DNA of 64,000 bases, taken from contig OX597833.1 of the NCBI GenBank assembly GCA_951406725.2, forward strand, positions 24,428,001 to 24,492,000, given 5' to 3'. This stretch comes from Octopus vulgaris. Lineage: Eukaryota. Position numbers and translations under genes: made by a program. Below, one piece after another: positions 38,935-53,811 of this stretch. Each line of letters opens with the position of its first letter. The first letter of the stretch is position 1. The notes under the pieces were generated by a model. That model was not told the DNA's origin. It made no database searches and was given only the letters and a program-made list of their open reading frames with translations.

Positions 38935-39300
38935 TCAGGTTATGACCCGGGGCCAGCAATTTCGTGGGGAGTGCGTATGTCAATTACTCAGAACATAAAG
39001 ACGGAAGAAATGCCTCTGTAACGATTCTACTAGCGCGCCGCCTTCGTATTAGGAATAGTATTAGAAATAAGTATAGAGACAGTAGAAAAGCGGCGTGCTG
39101 GCAGGTCCGTTAGCATGTCGGGCAAGATGCTTAGTGTCTGTCTGTACGTTCTGTGTTCAAATTCCGCCGAGGTCGACTTTGCCTTTCATCCTTTCGGGAT
39201 CGATTAAAATAAGTCCCATTTGAGTACTGGGGTTGATGTTATCAACTTACCCTCTCTCTCAAATCTACAGGCCTTGTGACATTAATTTGAAACCAATATT
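38935..39300. mobile_element. Two SINE family A copies in divergent orientation
   Basis: Internally deleted minus copy ~38935-39045 and plus copy ~39090-39300. Confidence 0.75.
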
Positions 39301-40499
39301 CGAGATAGCAGCAGTAGTATTACTAGCAGCAGCAGTAGTAGTAATAGTAGTATACAATGGGGCGAGGATTTACGGGTCACGGCCATTTTCCTTTTGCCAA
39401 CTACGAAGTGAAGGCTTCTTTCTGCCGGCCTGAAACATGCGATGTTGCTGCATTTTTTCAAAAAGTAATTGGATTTAAAAGTAAAATACGATCTTCCTGG
39501 ACCCAGATAGTGGGTCTGTGGTTCTTGAAGTGAGCAGCGGTAGTTTCCGCTGCCCCACAACGCTGACGAAGGCCAGACAGCCAGATTTCTTCGCGAATTT
39601 TCTTTAAATGTCTCGCTCGTTAGCATGAGTAGGTGGCTCACGATTACATCTAAATAGACTTGGATAAATTACTGCAAAGCATTTAGTTGTCGGGATTGCA
39701 CAGACTTGTACGAATCTGACTACAGTGCCAACGACAAGCGCCAACTTCGCAAAATCTTTGGCAAAAAGTCTTTCTTGGGCTTGAAATTGAGGAGGTCCCC
39801 ACTCTGCAGCGTCACCACTTTCCAGTTTGTGTAATTTCGAAGATTACCATTTTGCTGCCAATTGCATTAGACATCTACCATTAAAAGATTTGACATATCT
39901 GGCTTATAACAATAAAATTTGTCCATCCAGAAGGGCTGCGGTCTAATGATTGAAGCAAGTAAAAGATCAGGGCTAACCTGACGGTAAGATTGCGCAACAA
40001 GAACAGCGTGGAGGGGCAATGGCCCAGTAGTTAGGGCAGCGGACTCGCGGTCGTAAGAACGTGGTTTCGATTCCCAGACCGGGCATTGTGAGTGTTTATT
40101 GAGCAAAAACACCTAAGCTCCACGAAGCTTCGGCGGTGGGGTGATGAACCCCGCTCTACTCTTTCACCACAACTTTCTCTCACTCTTTCTTCCTACTTCT
40201 GCCACAAAGCAGAGGAACCGTGGTGTAACCCACTATGGTGTAGTAAACTTTCAGACCCTAGTCTAGATTGCGAATCCTCTGTACCACATAATGGTTCAGC
40301 TCTCCATCCGATGAAAGCCACCGTTTAAGGAATGAGGATAACAACGTAGCTTTCGCGCCCGTGCAACCGCCAGTCTATCGCATGTGGTGGGTGGATCTTC
40401 ACGCTACCACACGCATTCTTAGTAGCTTAGAATAGGCTCGAATTAAAGATTATTCTTTGTGGCTAATGGCGTGAGTCCTGATTGGAGAAGAAGAAGAAG

Positions 40500-40531
<32 letters not shown>

Positions 40532-41338
40532 GAAGAAGAAGGCAACAACATCAAGAACAACAACAGCGACAACAAACAACTATAGACATTCTTCCATCTT
40601 TATTGCAAGAATGCCTTAGATATCAGAGACCCTTTCAAAGACCAAGGGTCACGTTTTTTCCCTCATACAACAATAAAGGCAATATAACCATCAAAAGTAC
40701 CATTTTTTTTACTTGATTGACCGATTGACAAATGTTTGCTTCTTCTTGTAGTATTTTCTCTTCCTTATCTTGTTTCTTAAACCTTTTCTATGTCTGTCAA
40801 CATTGGCAGCACAGCCGTAAGTAAACAGAGAAAGAAATCGAGAAAGATTAAACTAGAAAAAAAGTAAAAAGAAACACGATGATGACGGTGGTGTCTGTAG
40901 TGAAAGAGTTTGCGTGAAAAGTTTCTCGAAGCCAGCTGTAAGTAAGTCTTTCAACAAGTTAATTCGTTGCTGCAGAATATCTCACCGAAGTTGCTAGAAG
41001 CCCCTACCTAAACGTCCCCTTCATTCTGCCCATTTCTCTCTTGACTTCACAACTTATGTCTCTCATCTGTCTTTTTCTATTTTCTCTCCCCACCCTCTCT
41101 CTTTCAGAAACACATTTAATCGTCAGGGAGATTATACATTGTAGCTTACTCATCAGGAAAAAGCAACCAAATTTCCCTCAATCATTGTGAAAGGGAAGGG
41201 TACACTAAATACTATAGTTCACGATACGCACTGCCAGACAGCTGGGTGTGATAGCCATCCCTGGAACGGCTTTAGTGATGGGATCGTTAGGGTGAGCATG
41301 ACTGAAGGTTTAAGAGCAGCAGAAACAAGAGCAGTATA

Positions 41339-41572
41339 AGGTGGTGAGCTGGCAGAAACGTTAGCACGCCGGGCGAATTCCTTAGCGGTTTTTCGTCTGT
41401 CTTTACGTTCTGAGTTCAAATACCGCCGAGATCGACTTTACCTTTCATCCTTTCGGGGTCGATAAATTAAATACCAGTTACGCACTGGGGTCGATGTAAT
41501 CGACTTAATCCGTTTGTCTACCCTTGTTTGTCCCCTCTATGTTTAGCCCCCTGTGGGCAATAAAGAAATAAG
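41339..41572 (+). mobile_element. SINE family A, full length, Tx1-like tail
   Basis: Best-preserved plus-strand copy. Ends GGGCAATAAAGAAATA. Confidence 0.9.
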
Positions 41573-41850
41573 TAACAACAGTAGCAACTTAAAGCTAATA
41601 ATGGATTTACTTGTTCGTAAAACTAATAACTCTTGTTTCGAGTAATACAGCGTTTATTTTCATTTTTTATTTTATTACGACCTGAAAGATTCTTGTCTAT
41701 GAAATGCGTGAATAATCGCACTTAATCAAATTTATTAACTGATTTTATTGAATTAAGTACCAGTTGCGGTACAGGAGTCAATCTAATCGACTGGCCCTTC
41801 CCCCAAAATTTCGGGCTTTGTGTCTAGAGTAGAAAAGATTATTATTATTA

Positions 41851-41910
<60 letters not shown>

Positions 41911-42252
41911 ATGCGTATGACCATGCAAGTAGGGTCCAGTTAGAATTTTGTTCAGGTCGTGTAACCCATCCCTCTCAAAAGATCCCTGAATAAGGGTTGT
42001 TTAAGGGTGATGAACAAAACACCCATGTTTCCAGAGGTGAATTATTCAATACCCAAAGAATTTCTCTCAACACATAGCTATGATGCCCCTCACCACTCCT
42101 GTTCGTGATCAGAGATGCACAAAACGTCAGCCATTAAGGGACATGTTCAACTGGTTAAGGTCGAACAACTGATAAGCAAATCTGTGGTATTGAGCAGAAT
42201 ATTTGGTGTTCATGATAACACTGAATGTATGCAAATATATATTTGCAACAAA

Positions 42253-42296
<44 letters not shown>

Positions 42297-42355
42297 GTAT
42301 TTATACACACACACATACATATATTAATACATATTTGTGTATACATACATTATAT

Positions 42356-42409
<54 letters not shown>

Positions 42410-42463
42410 TATTTATGATATGTTCAGAATACATATATATACTTATATACACACACTCACACA

Positions 42464-42583
<120 letters not shown>

Positions 42584-43107
42584 ACTCTAAGGAGTGAGAA
42601 AGAAGAACGGTAGCTGTTAATATAAACGAATAAGCAGAAGTAAGAAACGAAGTGAGGTGTGAATGGATCGTTTCCAGCCTTTGAATGATTGACATCTTCA
42701 AGAAATCAAGTCAGCGAGTATCTAAACCATCACCACCCTCTACCAACCATTCCATTTCGCACCCCATTCTCTCGCCATTGCCATTTAGCTTGAGCCTTCA
42801 CTTACATACTTTCCTTATTTTACAGGACTACTTAGCCTACATTTAAGAATTAATGTTCATACAAATTTCACACTTTATACAATGTGTGTAACTGCATACA
42901 TAATACATACAGTTATACGTATATACTGGCACACAGTTATGCGTGTGAGTGTGTGTGTGTGTGTGTACAATGCATTTATGTGACTATGTATGTGTCAAAG
43001 AGCTCATGTGTGTGAGTGTGTGTTTAAAGTTACATCCGTTGCTTAATGTTTTTAGATTTTATTCATATACTTAATCGATTCTTTTTACTACCGCACACGT
43101 ACACAGA

Positions 43108-43174
<67 letters not shown>

Positions 43175-43283
43175 ATATAATCATTTATATATGTCTATAT
43201 ATACATATATATATATTTATACATACATATCTATATATATACATATATATAGATACATACATATATATATATATATACATACG

Positions 43284-43319
<36 letters not shown>

Positions 43320-43411
43320 TGTATGTATGTATGTATCAATCTATCTATCTATATATATGTATAAATGCGCACATGTACTATACCCACATCTGTCTAGATA
43401 TTGATACTGAT

Positions 43412-43478
<67 letters not shown>

Positions 43479-46403
43479 AATATGTGTGTGCGCGTATCTG
43501 TGTTCGATTACACGGCACGTTGGACATGTGTGTTCTACTCTAATAAAAACAGAAAATGACTTCTACAAATAAACTCAAGTGGGCCAATGCCATGAATCTT
43601 GATAAACAGTTGAAGGGTAATTAGTCTTCGTGCCAGACCACATTTCGGCACCATTCAAAGGTAGCACAACTTATTTATAGCTTTTCAAAATTTACATGTC
43701 TGTAGATGTTATTCGGGTATGGTAACGATTCTGGGTGGCGTTCATGAAGTTATAATCTATTAAAATGTATCGCATATCGCATTTTTGATGTTGGTGCATA
43801 TCCTGGTTCAAAGTGATGTTCAGGACATTTTTCAATGTTTTATAGTAACACGTTTAGTGTTTTATATAATTTTATAAGATGAGACCTTATTCAAGTCGTG
43901 TTGAGATTCTTCCTCCTACAAGCCGTGCTGAGATTCTTCCACGCGTTTTCCCTCAAATTTTGTCTTAATTTGTTTTAATCCTGTTTTATCTAGGAACATC
44001 AGGTACACGAAGCACGCACCTCCGCATGCTCACAAATACACACTCATGTTTTCGATACTACAGTACTGTAACCTGCGCACCGCTATGCCTGTCAGATCAT
44101 TTGGCTGGGTTTGTTGCTTGGCAATATGCATCAATGCAATAATTGCATGTTTCCAGTTCCATGGCTACAACTGATTCGAGTATAGAGCTTATCCAGTGTC
44201 CGACTTATCATCATCGTTTGTGAATCCATAACCAGTAGGGCTTGATGCTTCAGAGTTAACTTGTAGATGGCACTTTCAAAATGGTGTTTGATAGTTGACT
44301 GGTTGAAAATATACGAACAGGGGGACTCTACAGGCACTAACAGTGTCGTAGATGTTTTTAAGTGAGCTTACCAATGTGCTGATGTCAACAAGTCGCGTAA
44401 GGTTGAATTATTAAGTGATGTTCTAGAAGCAAAGACGAAACCATCATCAAACTCCTTAAGTGTGATAACTGCCTTTGAGTCCTATTTGCTGATGCAGGTA
44501 GAGCATGGACAAACAGACGTGTGTTAATTTCATGCTAGGGGTGCAACTCAGATACTTCCCCACACTCATCTTCTGTCAATTTACTGTTTGTGTATGCATG
44601 TAAGCGGTTTAGATACTGGTTCAACTGATTTCTGTGTAAGCGAAGACAGTATATGGAAATTTTGGTTTCATATTTTAAAGGAATTATCATTATATGTGAC
44701 TCAAGATTTTATGTTATTCATACATTTTAAAACTATTGTTTTCTGCTAGTCCAATGCTCATGGACAGCATGTTTTTGAAGAGAATAATTAAATAAAAGAC
44801 AAGCGATTAATATTTATAATATCTATGTAATTGTCTTAATTTTAAATAAGATATTTAGTGAGTGAGAAAGAAGTCATAAAATGTCAGTTGGAATCACACA
44901 TAGTTTTAGAGATTAACAGAAAGAATTTTCAATGTATGTAACTCATTTCTTTTTCTGCTCGTCGAAAACAAGTAGTTAAATTTCGAATCGAATTATGACA
45001 ATGATGTTTTCCAAAATTAATTTTTCTTAAGTATCGTGTGTGTACGTTATAAATAGTTGAATTATAACTAAGTGAGCGAGTCACGTATACGCAATCTTCT
45101 TTTGTTGTTTACGAAGAAGGTCCGTGAAGGTCTGTGAGCATACCACACGTTTTGTCATAATATGGGAACTTTATCTCCAGCAAGTGACTAGTTGTCATGC
45201 ATAGATAGAGCAATGGTTCAAGCCCAATATCTCTTTTATTACCGAATAAAACTGTGTTAGTTCTTGAAAAGTGTCATGTAGAATGCTTAGTGAGTAAGAC
45301 GGACCTAGCCTCGTCCACTCTAGAATAGTTCAGTTTTCATCACCATGGTCTCAACACGGACCAAAATTTCTTGGTCCAACACTACTTATCTTACCACCTC
45401 ACACCTATTTACACTATTACTACGTTAGATGTCAATCTAATTAATGATTATAATAATGGTCAGCAGTGTAAAATATATGAAAAACATGATCTCATATGTA
45501 GATACAAAAGTTAGTATCAAACACTGTTTGCCAATTCAGTTTTATCCAGAACATGGTTGTGGAGTACGAGACTGGTATCCTTTCATTTTACTCCCCACTA
45601 TCCTAATTGCTTTGATTCTCTTACCTACCCTGTATGCTGTTTCCCCTATGTAGGCTGTAGTAAGGTTTTAGCAGTATTCTTCTAAGAACCACATACACTA
45701 AATATGTTTCTAATTCAACAGCTTGCCCGTGGGTTAGTTTGCTAAGTCTATCATTGCTATTAGTACGGTTTTCTCTTAAATCTGACTAGTTTCGCTTCGC
45801 ATAATATCTTTCCAAGTTTGTAAGCTAGTCCACTTCTGGCTGTAACATCGATACACTCTGCACCATAAAACTTACGACGTTTTTAAAGCCTATGTTGTAT
45901 AGTTGTTTTCTTTTACATTCGAATCTTATCCATAATTTACTCCCCTGTATGTGGTGTTTTCATTCGCATCATTTCTGATGGTAGTTCAAAGGTCCTTTTG
46001 ATGACTAATCTACACAACATCAAATGCTCCTGTTGGGTATATTGTGAGAAGTACATCATGTGATTGTTGCAAGGTTGAGGAATGCAGGATACATTTCTCA
46101 TCACAGTTACTAGATTTGCTATCGAAATGTTTACCTATACATTCTCTGACATTGCGGAGCTGTGTGAAATAACGACAATTACTCGCGCAAACGAAAACGA
46201 TGTTTTTCATGACTCTATTTTTTAACTATAGTAATATATGTATATGATCTTCTATTGAGTTGTCTGGAGGAGTAACCAATGGTTATTTTGATGGTCTAGT
46301 AGGTGATCCACTTTATTCAGATCTGTTAGGGAGGACTTGATGATGTTGAAGATATTTCCATTTTATTTGCATAGAAGTGTGTGTGTGTGTATGTGTGTGT
46401 GCA

Positions 46404-46623
46404 CGAGGGGGTGCCTAATAGTTACTAGGTTTAAGGATATCGCGAAAGGTTTGGTTGGAGGTCCAACATTCAGAGATCTTTTTCAGGGCTTAGAGGAACT
46501 GAAGGACTGCTGAAACAAGTGTGTGAATCTGAGAGGGAAATACATAAGTTGAACGAAATCATAATTAACTGATCCTCCTGTATTTTGTTTTACCCGAAGC
46601 CAGGGACTTATCAGCACCCCTCG
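46404..46623. mobile_element. mariner-derived MITE
   Basis: CGAGGGGGTGC...GCACCCCTCG TIRs. Inverted homolog of 24673-24889. Confidence 0.8.
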
Positions 46624-46633
46624 TGTGTGTATG

Positions 46634-46668
<35 letters not shown>

Positions 46669-46929
46669 ATATATGTATGCATGTATGTATGTATAAAACG
46701 AGAGTTGGGTCTAATAAGTATCAAGTTGCGAATGTCTGTTTGTGCAAATATGTCTGTCAGGGTAAATGAATTTTCTTTCATTGTTATCTTTTTTTGTTTC
46801 CTTTAAAGCTGATAAAAATTTTGGGTGGGATTGAAAATGTTGATACAACCTTTCCAGAAAACTCCTTCTAGCATCATCTCAGTGGATGTCTTATTGGTAA
46901 ATATTAAATACATGTATATATATATATAT

Positions 46930-47129
<200 letters not shown>

Positions 47130-47359
47130 TAAGCATGTACGTCGGCATAACGTATATTCATTTCGAAATGTAAAATAATCACTTCAAATGTTACCACAAA
47201 CAATGAAACAAGCTTCATTGGTTAACCTGACATTTTGTTTTTCAAACCTCGGCAGCTCACAAATAGTATGTTTGGTGTGGACAATTCCAGTAATAATAAT
47301 AATGCAGTTCAAGATTTAAGAGATGAGGAATTATGTACATAGTTTTCTTTATTTACAAC

Positions 47360-48610
47360 TGACGGATATTTGTCCTCATCTTGTTTGTTGTTAACTCAAC
47401 GTTTCGGCTGATACACCCTCTAGCCTTCATCAGGTGTCTTGGGGAAATTTCGAACCTCGGTTCTCATTCCTAAGGTATTTTTCGATGTTGTTGTTATTAT
47501 CATTATTATTCTATGTTTGACTTTTGCTTTACATTTGCACAAGCTGACTCCAAGTTTCACCCAGAGACCTCAAGAGACAACAATTTGGAAGTTCCTGTTG
47601 GTGTTATGCGTAGGGTGCCATATATTTGGTTTTGTACTTAGTGTTGTACTAGTGAATGCCTAAAAAGCCATACGAAAATTATGTTTGTTTTAAAACTTGA
47701 GATTACATAGAAAGTATTTTGCGTAGGATATGAGCAGTTCCCATGAGCACTATCTTTTGGATTTCTGCCATTTTGGGGTTTCCTGGTATCTGAGTTAGGT
47801 AGCAATCAGCCCCTTTTGCTATCACTCCCAGGGCACCTATGACAACAGGTATTGTTTTAGTCTTCAGGTTCCACATTTTGCTGATTTCTATTTCCAGATC
47901 TTTATATTTGCTCAGTTTCTGGTAGGTTTTGACAGATACGTTTATATTGATTGGGACAGTCATATCAATGAGGTGGCATGTTTTTTGTCTGAAGTCTTTT
48001 ACTATGATGTCTGGCCTATTCGCGTCTATCTTTCTCTCAGTTTGAATGGTGAAGTTCCAAAGGAGTGAGATGTGGTCATTTTCAAGCACTGGAGGTGGTT
48101 TGTGTTCCCACCAGTTTTTATCACGGGGCAAGTCCAGGCTTTTGCAAATTATCCAGTGAATATATTGTGCAGCTCTGTCATGCCTGTTGATATACTCTGT
48201 AGGTGCAAGAAGACTGCACTTGGAGACAACATGATCAATGGTTTCATTTTGTTGTTGACATACACGACATGTTGGGCTACTGCCGTTCTTGAATATGTTG
48301 ACCTGGTAGTTCCTTGTAGGTAGGCATTGATCTTGAGCTGCTATGATAAACCCTTCTGTTTCAGATTTTAAGCCAGAGGCCATAGCTATTGATGTGTCAG
48401 GGCTTTATCAACATCTGCATTATTCACTCTCTTTGGGTATTTGCCATTGAAAAGTTTTTCTTGCCATTTATCATTCAGAATATCTAAGGCAGCAGTTTTA
48501 ACACGAGTTTTCATGTGCTTAGCTTTTTCTGTGCTTGTTTCTTGTGTCTAATTTCGAAATTTGTTGTATTCGGGATTCACTTAGATATTCCTTTGCCTGT
48601 TTTGTTACTG

Positions 48611-48692
<82 letters not shown>

Positions 48693-48763
48693 TCACTGCT
48701 TGGAATCGAGCTCGGAATCTTGGGGTTAGTAGCCCGCACTCTTAACCACTACGCCATATGCCC
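47360..48763 (-). mobile_element. tRNA-headed HHR SINE (family 1) split by a Dong-like LINE; intact HHR core at 47393-47438
   Basis: Head 48689-48763, (TAA)n, LINE insert, then body 47360-47510 with GACAC-CTGATGA-AGGCTA..CAGCC-GAAACG-TT-GAGTT. Collinear with 13801-14042. Confidence 0.8.
47511..48613 (-). mobile_element. 5'-truncated R4/Dong-like LINE (CCHC finger, RLE endonuclease, 3' UTR)
   Basis: ORF 47703-48383: ETEGFIIAAQDQ, CRVC...ETIDHVVSKC, YINRHD, RPDIIV...LIDMTVP, KLSKYKDL, PVVIGALG. (TAA)n on both sides. Confidence 0.92.
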
Positions 48764-48914
48764 GTGGGTATATGGCGTAGTGGCGAAGAGCGCGGAAGGA
48801 TGAAAGATAAAGATACTCTCGGTGTAATACGATCTCAGAAGATAAAAATTGGCAGAGCAAATATTACAAGGTGTTTTGATGAATGCTCTAGTGATTCTGT
48901 TAATTCATTGTTTA

Positions 48915-49128
48915 ATTTCTAACTCAGGAACAAGGACATGTAACTTGAGGGGAGAATATAAATGGATTACATCTACCCCACTACTTGGTTTGTACTATTT
49001 ATTGATCCTCAAGAGGATGAAATGCAAAGCTATTCTCGGCAGTAGTTCAACTCAGAACGTAAAGACCAAGAACAAATAGTGCAGGGCATTTTGTTCGACG
49101 CTCTGATGAATTTGTCAATCCACCGCCT
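48915..49128 (-). mobile_element. SINE family A, degenerate
   Basis: Similarity to family consensus. Confidence 0.65.
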
Positions 49129-50873
49129 GTTGTCAATACATGGCTAAAAATTATACCTCGTAGTTACAAGCCCATCAGGAAGGAAATATTCTGTGTTTCT
49201 GACTTATTTAAGGGGCAGAGGATATATATATATATATATATATATAGCTTATCACTAGACAGGGTGTTAACTCTCGGCAGCTATTAGTATTCAGTTATGT
49301 GTGAGTGGACTGGACCAGCGAGAAAAGAAAAGAAAAGTCCGGCCTCACTTTCTAACTCCCAGATCACGCAACTTCATCATTCATGCTTACAATAGAGAAA
49401 TCCAATATATAGTAGTTGTATATATGCGGAGAGAGATAAAAGCAAAATCACACACACATATTAGGGGTAGTGGATTTTCTGTTAGGAAGAAGAAAAGTAT
49501 AGGTAGAGACAGTAACAGAATCAGTCACATTGGCATATATAAAAATAATGCAAATTTAAAATTCAGAATAACTAGATACTTATTTTAAATGCATAATCTT
49601 CTTCCGCAAAGAAGATATTGTGATCATACTAAGATTGTAAATAACCACTTAAGATATTAGCAGGACGCTGCTCTTGTGGGGGACAGTCAGCTTTATGTTG
49701 TCCTTTTATATGCGGTCTTCTACTTCTTTATATGCGTTTCTTCTATTTCTTTCTACATCCCCGCCATCATCACTTCCATTCATACCCAATCTCATATTTC
49801 TTGTCGCATGGGACGTTACTATGAGAGGCAACGTGTGCAATGTAGAATGAAGCGTTTTGCTCAAGAGAAGAATGCGTCGTTTGGTCCAGGAATTGAACTC
49901 ATAACGTTATGAGAGTGAGTCCAATACTTTAACCATTAGACTTAGTGGTTAGGACCCCCCTGTATATATGTGTGTATGTGTGTGTGTGCATGTACATGTT
50001 TGTGTGTCCTTGCATGCGTGTTTTTTTATGTGTGTATGTGTGTGTGTGTGAATATATATATATATATATCTGTTGATTGCGGGTGACTACACTTGAGACA
50101 TCTTGGTAAAGATTGTAGTGTGTAAGCAGAAAACATACAATAGGAGAAAACGAAGAACAATTAACTAGAAAAAGAAAACAACACGTAAAAATCATATTGA
50201 AATATTGAAGGTGGAGGAGGAGGAGGCGATCAAACGCCTTCCGAAGACATGAAAGAATTTTTTTGTCTTATAACATTCCAGCTTTAACCCGCTCCTACCG
50301 TAGAGCAAATTTTTCGAGTTCTTTCGTTGATTTATTTATCGTAGGAAGACGTGCTGCGGGTTGTTTGGCACTTTTGATACTGTCTTGTGTAATTCATGAA
50401 TGATTCAAGCATGTACAAACCGAGGTGGCCATCATTCTTTCATACAGTTCAACAGCAGGAACAGAGGAGTGTATGTGTAGTTGGATAAGAATGCGAAGAG
50501 AATGTGTGTATGTGTGAGCATGTGTGTGTGTGTGTGTATGTATGTATGAATTGTAAATGAGTGCAGTGTATGTGTAAGGAGCCATCAAAAGCACAAACAC
50601 GCAATACGTAAATTAATCTATCCACCAGGCTGCTAGTATCAATTTATGACTGATTTTAGAGTAGCTGATCTATGCTGATGTTTGGAGAGGGAAGAAGGAA
50701 ATATTTACTATGAGGAGTAGTTAACAAACCATGAAACGCGTCACTAGAGACACGCTCTTTAGTTTTCCACATATAGCATCGAAAATATGTGTTTACATTC
50801 GTATTTCACCTGCAGTGATACTTTTAAATATCTAAATTCATTTCAGTTGTCCACATTTCTGCTGTGTCTTGCA

Positions 50874-50946
<73 letters not shown>

Positions 50947-51221
50947 GTATATTCGGTTAGGAACGTGGCAGAGTAGAGTATAGAGCTCGTCCACCCTCAG
51001 AATTACTCAATACTATCCTCTAGCATAAAATTGAAGAAATTGGAGTCAGCCAGAAGGAGTAAGGTTGAACAGTTATTTTTTTAATCACTACAGTTGTTTC
51101 CACCTAATGTGGTTCTCCAAAAGTACAGGTATTTGATTAGGAAACTGTTTGCATAACGTGATTCAGGTGTGTTTCCTCAGGTGATATTCAAGTGTTGTCT
51201 CCGTTAGTTTAAGATCTTCAT

Positions 51222-51380
51222 GTAGATTCATGTTGTTTGGCGGTAGAGTGTGTCTGTTGGACACATTCTGCCACCAAACAACATGAATCTACCAACTGCT
51301 ACAAAATTCTAACCAGGATGGATGGATGGGAGTCCAATAAACACACCCTGCTACCAAACAACATGAATCTACCAACTGCT
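51222..51380. repeat. Short inverted plus direct triplication
   Basis: CTGC(C/T)ACCAAACAACATGAATCTACCAACTGCT at 51268-51300 and 51348-51380; inverted copy at 51222-51262. Confidence 0.85.
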
Positions 51381-52244
51381 TAATATACCTATAAAAACCT
51401 ACCTTCTTATCTATCTTTATATGTGTGTGTGTGTGTGTGTGCGTGTGCGTATATATATATTTTCTCATATCTATGAAGAAATTTATATAATGCACATATA
51501 CCCACACACATATGCGCTCACACAACACACGCGCGCGCACACACATAAACTCACACACACATACAGATATATTTATGTTGTATACATATACATGCACATA
51601 TTTTCCCCATCCATTAATGGGGACCTACACTAAATTTAACCAGCAAAAAATATACACGTACACGCACAAAAACACACTAATGAAACCACATACAAGCGTT
51701 CGAACACATACATTTAAAACGGTGTGATTGAAACCAATGAACAGAGAATAACATGAACGCAATCAATTTTCGTACGCAAAGAAGACATTTAGTTTATCAA
51801 CTCATGGTGAATGTTCTTAAATAGTGATATATATTGGGATGTGAATCTTTTTAAGAACATATTCCAACAACTAGATAAACAACCCAATATTAGTTTACTG
51901 TGGAATAAAATAGTATTATTGATGTTAGTGCTGACAAAAGTTCATCAGTTTCGCTTCATTGAGTTTCTTGAAACTCATTTAGTTGCTTAATCTGTATATA
52001 TTGTTCAAGTTTGTTTGGCTCTATTTTCCGTTTATTTTTGTTCTGTTTTTTTTTTCGTCAATCGTATGGTACGTATTCATCAGCCTTTAATAACAAACGG
52101 TAGATTTTTTCTTCACTATAAACATTTAGTTAGACTTCAGTTGCCGATTCAGTGACGGATATTTTTTATGTAAACGTATAATAGGGTAATCATGGAAACA
52201 TATATACAATAGTTATTTTAATAAATCCTCTTATGTGTAATTAT

Positions 52245-52308
<64 letters not shown>

Positions 52309-52321
52309 GGGTGTGTGTGTG

Positions 52322-52363
<42 letters not shown>

Positions 52364-52364
<1 letters not shown>

Positions 52365-52772
52365 TAGGTTGAGGAAAAAGTTTGTTTGCCGTGTTAAAAT
52401 AATGATTTTTTATGCAAGAATTTATTCAAAAACAACGACAACAACTATTCTTCAAAATAAAGAGGAGCATTTTCCACGACCTTCTGCCAACGATCTGCAA
52501 GCTTTCGGATTTGGTCAAAGTACCAATCCTTCGGCTTTGAGTGGAATAATTCTTGACAGGTTTCTTCAACTTCATCGAATGATTCAAATCAGTGACCTTT
52601 CATAAAGTACTGCATTGATCGGAAGAGACCGTAGTAAGATGGAGCAACGTCTGGACACACACAGACTGAGTCACCATTGAACATGACATGAACTGAATGA
52701 GCACACACAGCACAAAAATATATAAAGAAAGCATTATTTTAACACGGCGCAATAACTTTTTCCTCAATCTAA
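52364..52772. mobile_element. Internally deleted mariner-type element
   Basis: TA|CTAGGTTGAGGAAAAAGTT..GCCGTGTTAAAATAATG / CATTATTTTAACACGGC..AACTTTTTCCTCAATCTAA|TA TIRs. Minus-strand LADRWQKVVENA.LYFEE resembles a mariner transposase C-terminus. Confidence 0.8.
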
Positions 52773-52789
52773 TAGATGTATATATATAC

Positions 52790-52960
52790 TATTTTACTCT
52801 TTTACTTGTTTCAGTCATTTGACTGTGTCCATGCTGGAGCACCACCTTTAGTCGAGCAAATCCACCCCAGTACTTATTCTATCGGTCTCTTTTGCAGAAC
52901 CGCAAGGTTACGGGGACGTAAACACACCAGCGATGTTGGGGCGACAAACACAGACACACA
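52790..52960 (-). mobile_element. SINE family C, 3' half
   Basis: Reverse complement of GTTTACGTCCCCGTAAC...GACCGATAGAATAAGTACT. Confidence 0.75.
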
Positions 52961-52973
52961 AACGTATACACAC

Positions 52974-53021
<48 letters not shown>

Positions 53022-53032
53022 ATGTATATATG

Positions 53033-53113
<81 letters not shown>

Positions 53114-53811
53114 TATAACCAACAATGGTGGCGAAGAAAGAGGGAAAGAGTGAGTAAAAAGTAGTTTGTGCATTTGAAGAAAATCCGCTGTAAGTTAGAT
53201 GCAGACAAATGTTTTTCAAACGTCCGTTGATAAAAAGTGGAATTTCAGTAGAAAGAATATGTATAGGATCTCCTATTTGTTATTATTCAGACAAAGATTG
53301 AAATGCTATGTATGTCTTATTTAATAAAGAAGAGTAAAAGAGTAAAGAGTATACATACATTTGATTACTGGAACATGCAGTTGTGCTTCACAAGTACAAA
53401 GCTTAGATTAAAACCGCATTTTGTACATGTTTATATGAAGATATTTATTATGTCCTCAACAATTATGCACGCGTCGCATCACAACGCTAAGACAAAATTA
53501 TTTCACCTCACCTGGTCTTGTTTAAAATCAAGGAGAAGAGCGATAACTATAGACGCCTTCTTTGAAACATCCAGATTATTAATTCCCATTTATGGCAACA
53601 ATAACTGATAATAACTGTGACAATCTATATAAGCTAGGGTTTTCAGAAAAAGAAATCAACCAACTAACGCACACATTACAAGTACAATTTGTAACTGGAA
53701 TAGTATGAAATTGTTTTTCTTACATACATCCCAAAGATGGAGATTTTATATCTTTGTTAGAAAGCAACTCATTTCTCAGAGGAAGAATTCAAATAATTAA
53801 AAAACAGAGTA

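Noticed and set aside
40201-40290. Possible HDV-like ribozyme (CAGAGGA...GCGAA-TCCTCTG)
   Set aside because: P2 and J4/2-like elements are present, but I could not build P1, P3/L3 or P1.1; it is at most a simple hairpin.
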